Of a stretch of DNA of 64,000 nt, positions 58,661 to 64,000 are shown in pieces. The notes under the pieces were generated by a model. It was given only the letters and a program-made list of their open reading frames with translations. It was not told the DNA's origin and did not search any database. Made by a program: the position numbers and the translations under genes. The stretch is from assembly GCA_046290465.1 (NCBI GenBank), contig JBKAGP010000001.1, positions 4,832,001-4,896,000 of the forward strand, read 5' to 3'. Positions within the stretch are counted from its first letter, which is position 1, and the number at the start of each line of letters is the position of its first letter. The stretch is from Planctomycetota bacterium (GTDB lineage Bacteria; Planctomycetota; UBA1135; UBA2386).

Positions 58661-60343
58661 ATGCGTCTCGCCATCTGCGCCCTGCTGCTCGTCCACGTCG
58701 CCACCGCCCAGCTGCCGCAGGTCAGCGCCAGCGGCGAGAACATGCGGCTCCGTTCGTCGTCGGTCACCGGCAGCGCCGGCAACTACACGCTGACGTTGCA
58801 GATGGACGACGACAACGGCGACACGTCGCTGCCCACCAGCTTTCGTCGCTGGTGGCACTGTGAGGTGTCCAACCTGGTGGCCGGCACGCAGCTGAACTTC
58901 CGCGTCACCAACGCCGGCTACTCGGACGTGATCCTGCCGGTCTGGTCGCTGTCGACCGACGGCGTGACGTTCGGCGACTACGTGCGCATGCCGACCAGCG
59001 CGACGCCGACCGTGCAGGGAGGCACGCAGCACCTGTTCGGCGCGACGGTGCCGCCGGGCGTCGTCGCGATGCGGCTGGCGAAGTACTTCCCGTACACCGT
59101 GACCCGCAAGAACGCGCTGCTGCAGAGCATCGCCGGCCATCCGCACGTGCAGAGCATCACCTCGCTCGGCAACTCGCAGCAGGGCCGGCCGATCGAGAAG
59201 GTCACCTGGACCGATGTCACGGTGCCCGACGCGGGCAAGCGACGCATCTGGATCCACGCCGGCATCCACCCGGCGGAGACCACCAGCCACCTGATGGTCG
59301 AGGGCCTGTTCGACTGGCTGTCGTCCGGCGACCTGCGCGCCGAGGCGCTGCTCGACGCGGCGCTGATCGAGGTCGTGCCGATGGCCAACCCGGACGGCGT
59401 GTTCCTCGGCAACTACCGCACCAACGCCAACTCGTCCAACCTCGAGGCGCAGTGGAGCGCGCCGTACAACTCGCCGCAGCCCGAACTGGTCGCGCTGCGC
59501 ACGGCGATCGAGGGCTACATGGGCACGGTCGCCAACCCGGCCAGCAACCCGATCGAGGTCCTGCTCAACCTGCACGCGACCCACAACGTGGCGTTCCCGT
59601 TCCACTTCCAGCACGTCGGCAACGCCAGCTGGACGCCGGGCTGCAGCAGTTGCGGGGTGCTGCCGATCGTCAACCAGGTCGAGGCCCAGTGGGTCGCCAA
59701 CTTCGAGGGCCGCAGCTCGTTCGTCGCGCTCGGCTCGACCGCCAACAGCACGCTCGGCTCGCGGCCGTTCGTCGAGTCGATGGTGCACGACCGCTGGACC
59801 GCGGTGCCGGGCTGGCTCGGTGCGCCCAACTTCGAGGAGCCGGTGATGGCGATCACGTTCGAGGGCACCTACGGCCGCGGCCCGGACGGCGTGACCTGGA
59901 ACACCGAGGCCGACTACTTCGACTGCGGCCGCGACATGGGGCTGGCGCTGTTCGACCAGCTCGGCCTGGCGATCTCCGCCAGCACCAGCACCTACGGGGC
60001 CTCGTGCGTGTCGGCGCAGCTGAGCGCGAGTCTGGCCCAGCAGCCCGACCTGAGCCACCAGATGGTGCTGGTGACGTCGTTCGGCCCGGCCAATGGCCTC
60101 GGCGTGCTGGTCGTCGGCGGCTCCCAGGTGCAGGTGACGTTCCCGTCGCCGTGGTCCAACTGCACGCTGCTGGCGCAGCCGGACGCGACGCTCGGCCTGT
60201 TCTTGAGCGGGTTCGGCACCGCGATCACGCCGGTGCCGGTGCCGGCGATCCCCGGCCTGGAGGCCTACGTGCAGGTCGTGACCCTGGACGCGGCCCTGTC
60301 GCTGGACGCGACCAACGGCGTGCGCGTCCAGAACGACTACTGA
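58661..60343 (+). CDS. Secreted M14 zinc carboxypeptidase with the shared C-terminal domain
   Basis: YFPYT, LG.S.QGRPI, IHPAE, VPMANPDGV..GN.R, LNLHA. Confidence 0.85.
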   Translation: MRLAICALLLVHVATAQLPQVSASGENMRLRSSSVTGSAGNYTLTLQMDDDNGDTSLPTSFRRWWHCEVSNLVAGTQLNFRVTNAGYSDVILPVWSLSTDGVTFGDYVRMPTSATPTVQGGTQHLFGATVPPGVVAMRLAKYFPYTVTRKNALLQSIAGHPHVQSITSLGNSQQGRPIEKVTWTDVTVPDAGKRRIWIHAGIHPAETTSHLMVEGLFDWLSSGDLRAEALLDAALIEVVPMANPDGVFLGNYRTNANSSNLEAQWSAPYNSPQPELVALRTAIEGYMGTVANPASNPIEVLLNLHATHNVAFPFHFQHVGNASWTPGCSSCGVLPIVNQVEAQWVANFEGRSSFVALGSTANSTLGSRPFVESMVHDRWTAVPGWLGAPNFEEPVMAITFEGTYGRGPDGVTWNTEADYFDCGRDMGLALFDQLGLAISASTSTYGASCVSAQLSASLAQQPDLSHQMVLVTSFGPANGLGVLVVGGSQVQVTFPSPWSNCTLLAQPDATLGLFLSGFGTAITPVPVPAIPGLEAYVQVVTLDAALSLDATNGVRVQNDY

Positions 60344-60374
60344 TCGGCGGGCCGCTGCGCTATCCTGTCCGCCG

Positions 60375-61346
60375 GTGAGCTATCGCGTCGAACTGCCGGT
60401 CTTCTCGGGGCCCATGGACCTGCTGCTGCACCTCGTGCGGCAGTCCGAGGTCGACATCCACGAGGTCTCGATCGCGCCGATCCTCGATCGCTACCTCGAG
60501 AACCTGAAGGTGCTCCAGCAGCTCGACCTGCAGGACATCGGCGACTTCGTCGTGATGGCGAGCACGCTGATGGAGATCAAGTCGCGTGAGCTGCTGCCCA
60601 ACGAGTCGGTCGAGATCGAAGAAGAGCTCGACCCGCGCGACGACCTGATCCGGCGCCTGCTCGAGTACAAGCGCTACCGCGATCTCGCGCGCGAGCTCGA
60701 CGGTCGCGGCGAGCGCCGCCAGCGACAGAGCAACCTGGTGCTGGCGCAGCCGCCCGAGCTGAAGGGGCCCAAGGACGAGGACCTGCTCGACATGGGCGAA
60801 CTCGGCATCTGGGACCTGACGTCGGCGTTCGCCAAGCTGCTCGACGAGATCGGCAGCCAGCAGTCGCTGGAGGTCGAGGTCGAGAAGCGCGACGTCGGCT
60901 ACTACACGCACTCGCTGCTCGACACGTTCAAGAAGAAGCGCGAGGTGCGCTTCTCCGAGGTCTTCGACAAGAAAGAAGGCCGCTACGGGATGATCGGCAC
61001 GCTGATCGCGCTGCTCGAGATGATGAAGCAGGGCTACCTGCGCGCGTTCCAGAAGCAGTGCTTCGACGACATCAGCCTCGCCTACATCGGCAAGGACGAG
61101 GTCACCGCCGACCAGATCCTCGCCGGCATCTCGGCGGAGGACCTCGCCGAGCAGGAGGAGCAGGACCGCGAACGGCTGGAGCGCGTGCAGCGCGAGGCCG
61201 AGGCGGCGGCGAACGCCGGGGTCGAGGTCGGGGATGACGGGCTGGACGAGGATCTGGCTGCGGATCTCGGTGACGGCTTCGATGGTGAGGGGCTCGACGG
61301 TGATACCTCCGACGGTGGCGCCGAGAAGGCCGAGCCGCAGGGCTGA
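60375..61346 (+). CDS. scpA: Segregation and condensation protein A (kleisin) with acidic tail
   Basis: FSGPMDLLLHLV...EVDI, GDFVVMASTLMEIKSRELLP, DPRDDLIRRLLEYKRY, ALLEMMKQG. Confidence 0.93.
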   Translation: MSYRVELPVFSGPMDLLLHLVRQSEVDIHEVSIAPILDRYLENLKVLQQLDLQDIGDFVVMASTLMEIKSRELLPNESVEIEEELDPRDDLIRRLLEYKRYRDLARELDGRGERRQRQSNLVLAQPPELKGPKDEDLLDMGELGIWDLTSAFAKLLDEIGSQQSLEVEVEKRDVGYYTHSLLDTFKKKREVRFSEVFDKKEGRYGMIGTLIALLEMMKQGYLRAFQKQCFDDISLAYIGKDEVTADQILAGISAEDLAEQEEQDRERLERVQREAEAAANAGVEVGDDGLDEDLAADLGDGFDGEGLDGDTSDGGAEKAEPQG

Positions 61347-61530
61347 TCGCCTGTCCCGGGCTGATGCAACCGGGCGCGCGGCCAACGGCCGTTGATACCG
61401 GGAAATCCGCGAACGTGCGGCGCCGCCGCATCTGGTCGTCCCCATAGCACCGCGCTGGCGGTTACCGTTCTCCGTCCCTCCATCCGCCCGATGGGGTTCG
61501 CCCGCCCGCCCTTCGGCGCCCACGTCTCCT

Positions 61531-64000
61531 ATGCCTGTATCGCCCCGATCGCTGCTCGCCGGCATCTTCTGCCTCGGCCTGTCGATCATCATGTTCGAGA
61601 TCGCGTTGACCCGCGTCTTCGCGATCATGATGTGGCACCACTTCACCTACATGGTGATCTCGATCGGCCTGCTCGGCTTCGGCGCCTCGGGCAGCCTGCT
61701 GACGGCCACCGGCCTCGGCCGCAAGGAGGGCGGCGCGGAGCGCGCGCTGGTGTGGACGAGCCTGGCGTACGGGATCAGCGTGGTGTTGGCGTTCTGCTTC
61801 ACGACGTTCGTGCGCATCGACGGCCTCTCGATCTGGAAGAACTGGTCCAACGCGCTCGCGCTGTTCCTGATCTACCTGATCGTGTTCGTGCCGTTCCTGC
61901 TGGGCGGTCTTGGCATCGGTCTGGCGCTGACGCGCTTCTCGAAGAACGTCAGCAAGCTCTACTTCGCCGACCTGGTCGGTTCGGCCGTCGGTGCCGGCCT
62001 GAGCGTGCTCGCACTGAAGGCCTTCGGTAGCTCGGCGGCGGTCGTCATCGCCGGCTGCTTCGGCCTGCTGGCGGCGTTCTGCTTCAGCTTCACCACGCCG
62101 CTCCGCTACCTGATCCTGAGTGTGCCGGGCCTGCTGATCGGGCTCTGGATGTTCCTCGGCTTCACGGGCCTGGCGACGTCGGTGGTGCCGAAGGTCGACT
62201 GGCGCGTTCCGTACGCGGTGGGCAAGGAGGCGGTGACGGTCGAGGCATTGCTCGCCGACCCCAAGGTGCGCGCCGGGCTCGGGGACGACGCAAAGCTCGT
62301 CAAACTGGCAAGCGCGACCGCCGAGGTCGAGGTCGGCCCGAGCATGCCCGGAGCCCCGATGATCGGCGGCGACATGGGCTTGGTCGACGAGCAGCCGATC
62401 ATCGCGCGCGCCGTGGGACAAGACGGTACGGCGCCGACGATGCTCTACCAGGGCGCGACGGAGCTGGCCAAGTTCCCGTTCCTCGATGATACCCAGGCTG
62501 CGTCGGCGTACGTCGTGCACCAGGCGTCGGGGCGCAAGGATCAGAAGTCGATGGTCATCGGCGTCGGCGGTGGCGTCGACGTGTTGGTGGCGCTTGCCAA
62601 CGGCGCCAAGCACGTCACCGCGGTGGAGCTCAACACCGCGATGATCGAGATGGTCACCGAGCGCTACGACGAGTACCTCGGTGGCCTGTTCACGACGAGC
62701 CCGCTCGCCGAGAAGATCGACCTCGTCAACAGCGAGGGGCGCGCCTGGCTGCGCTCGCACGACGACAAGTACGACGTCATCCAGATGAGCGGTGTCGACT
62801 CGTACACCGCGCTCAGTGGTGGCGCCTACACGCTCTCCGAGAGCTACCTCTACACCGTCGAGGCGGTCGAGGACTTCTACGAGCACCTGAAGCCGGACGG
62901 CATCGTCTGCTACTCGCGCTTCATGCTGAAGGCGCCCAAGGCTGCGCGCGAGACGCTGCGGCTGGCGAACATCGCGGTCGAAGGGCTGCGGCGCGCCGGC
63001 GTCGCCGAGCCGCACAAGCACGTCTGCGTGATGCGCGGCGGCATCGACTGGGCGTCGACGATGATCAAGCAGAGCCCGTTCACCGAGGTCGAGGTGAAGG
63101 CGCTGCGCCAGTTCTCGCGCAAGGAGGCGTTCGTCGGGCTGGTCTACGACCCGCTGATGGCGAAGGACGCGCCGATCGAGCCGCAACCCGAACACTTCTC
63201 GGTGCTGCTGAAGCGCATCAAGGATCCGATCACGGGGGCGTCGAAGGACATTCCGTCGCGGAACGAAGCGATCCGAGCCTGGTTCGCGGCGGCCGCTGAA
63301 GTGGCCAAGGGCAGGCCGGTCGGCAAGGACCTGCTGCCCGAAGCCATGCGCGAAGCTGCGGTGGGCAAGGTGCTCGTCAGCAAGCTCAACCAACTCAAGC
63401 CTGCGATCCTCAGCCAGGCCGAGTACATCCAGAAGACCATTGGCAACTTCCGCGACCTGCTGACCGCCGAGGGGGAGGAGAAGCAGGCCTTCTACGACGC
63501 GTATCCGTTCGACGTGCGCCCGTCGACCGACGACGCGCCGTTCTTCTTCAACTTCTACAAGTGGTCGAGCCTGTTCGGCGGCACCAAGCGCACCAAGGAC
63601 GCCGACGCCTTCAACTACCACACCGATTTTCCGATCGGGCACTTCATCCTGGGCATTTCGATGGTCCAGATCGTGCTGCTGGCCGCCGCGCTGATCTTCC
63701 TGCCGCTGCGCAAGCTCAAGCACGATGGCGTGCGCACGCCCGGCACGCTGCGCATCTTCCTGTACTTCGCCGCGCTCGGCCTCGGCTTCATGTTGTTCGA
63801 GATCGCGCTGATGCAGAAGCTCGTGATCTTCCTCGGCCACCCGACCTACGCGCTGTCGGTGGTGCTCGTCAGCCTGCTCGCGTCGGCCGGCATCGGCTCG
63901 CTGCTGTCGGGTCGCATCCGCCAGGTGCAGAAGAAGCACCTGCTGCTGATCCTGCTCGGCGTGCTCGCGGCGATCGCGATGAACGTCTACGTGGTCAACG
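61531..64000 (+). CDS. Polytopic membrane protein with a spermidine synthase-like SAM-dependent domain; partial, runs off the window edge
   Basis: Absent from the ORF track. Manual translation gives MPVSPRSLLAGIF...FEIALTRVF...MVISIGLLGFGASG, LYFADLVGS, IGVGGGVDV, VTAVELN, EGR, YDVIQ, SESYLYTVEA, STDDAPFF, GLGFMLFEI. Confidence 0.85.
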   Translation, partial: MPVSPRSLLAGIFCLGLSIIMFEIALTRVFAIMMWHHFTYMVISIGLLGFGASGSLLTATGLGRKEGGAERALVWTSLAYGISVVLAFCFTTFVRIDGLSIWKNWSNALALFLIYLIVFVPFLLGGLGIGLALTRFSKNVSKLYFADLVGSAVGAGLSVLALKAFGSSAAVVIAGCFGLLAAFCFSFTTPLRYLILSVPGLLIGLWMFLGFTGLATSVVPKVDWRVPYAVGKEAVTVEALLADPKVRAGLGDDAKLVKLASATAEVEVGPSMPGAPMIGGDMGLVDEQPIIARAVGQDGTAPTMLYQGATELAKFPFLDDTQAASAYVVHQASGRKDQKSMVIGVGGGVDVLVALANGAKHVTAVELNTAMIEMVTERYDEYLGGLFTTSPLAEKIDLVNSEGRAWLRSHDDKYDVIQMSGVDSYTALSGGAYTLSESYLYTVEAVEDFYEHLKPDGIVCYSRFMLKAPKAARETLRLANIAVEGLRRAGVAEPHKHVCVMRGGIDWASTMIKQSPFTEVEVKALRQFSRKEAFVGLVYDPLMAKDAPIEPQPEHFSVLLKRIKDPITGASKDIPSRNEAIRAWFAAAAEVAKGRPVGKDLLPEAMREAAVGKVLVSKLNQLKPAILSQAEYIQKTIGNFRDLLTAEGEEKQAFYDAYPFDVRPSTDDAPFFFNFYKWSSLFGGTKRTKDADAFNYHTDFPIGHFILGISMVQIVLLAAALIFLPLRKLKHDGVRTPGTLRIFLYFAALGLGFMLFEIALMQKLVIFLGHPTYALSVVLVSLLASAGIGSLLSGRIRQVQKKHLLLILLGVLAAIAMNVYVVN

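Overview
High-GC bacterial chromosome segment, most likely Planctomycetota (a PSD1/PSCyt cytochrome plus Tat-exported DUF1501 pair, and many FG-GAP-type secreted proteins). No rRNA, tRNA, CRISPR array, transposase or integrase was seen. Two loci stand out. (1) A four-gene operon with overlapping stop/start codons at 12925-20532 encodes a ferredoxin/FAD-NAD(P)H oxidoreductase fused to a His-bearing membrane domain, a 23-heme cytochrome c, a probable outer-membrane beta-barrel and a 22-heme lipoprotein cytochrome. This is a candidate cytoplasm-to-surface electron conduit, with a sigma54-like promoter one gene upstream. (2) An integron gene-cassette array with no integrase in the window (CALIN-like) at about 38016-45060 has nine intact 63-66 bp attC sites, one half site and one decayed site. 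It carries defence-like cargo (DUF4917/SIR2-like, HEPN, Abi-alpha-like, a stand-alone EF-Tu domain III) and two near-identical copies of a ~309 bp nearly gene-less cassette containing a promoter-like element. Other observations: glyS and glyQ lie 17 kb apart yet share a 12-bp upstream motif; five unrelated secreted proteins share a C-terminal domain; a perfect 37-bp inverted repeat lies between convergent genes; short tandem repeats start at stop codons; and many genes appear leaderless. The rest is housekeeping and peptide-scavenging genes (iaaA, dcp, dcyD-like, DAO, M14 peptidase, scpA, GT2). All product calls come from motif recognition by eye; no database searches were run.
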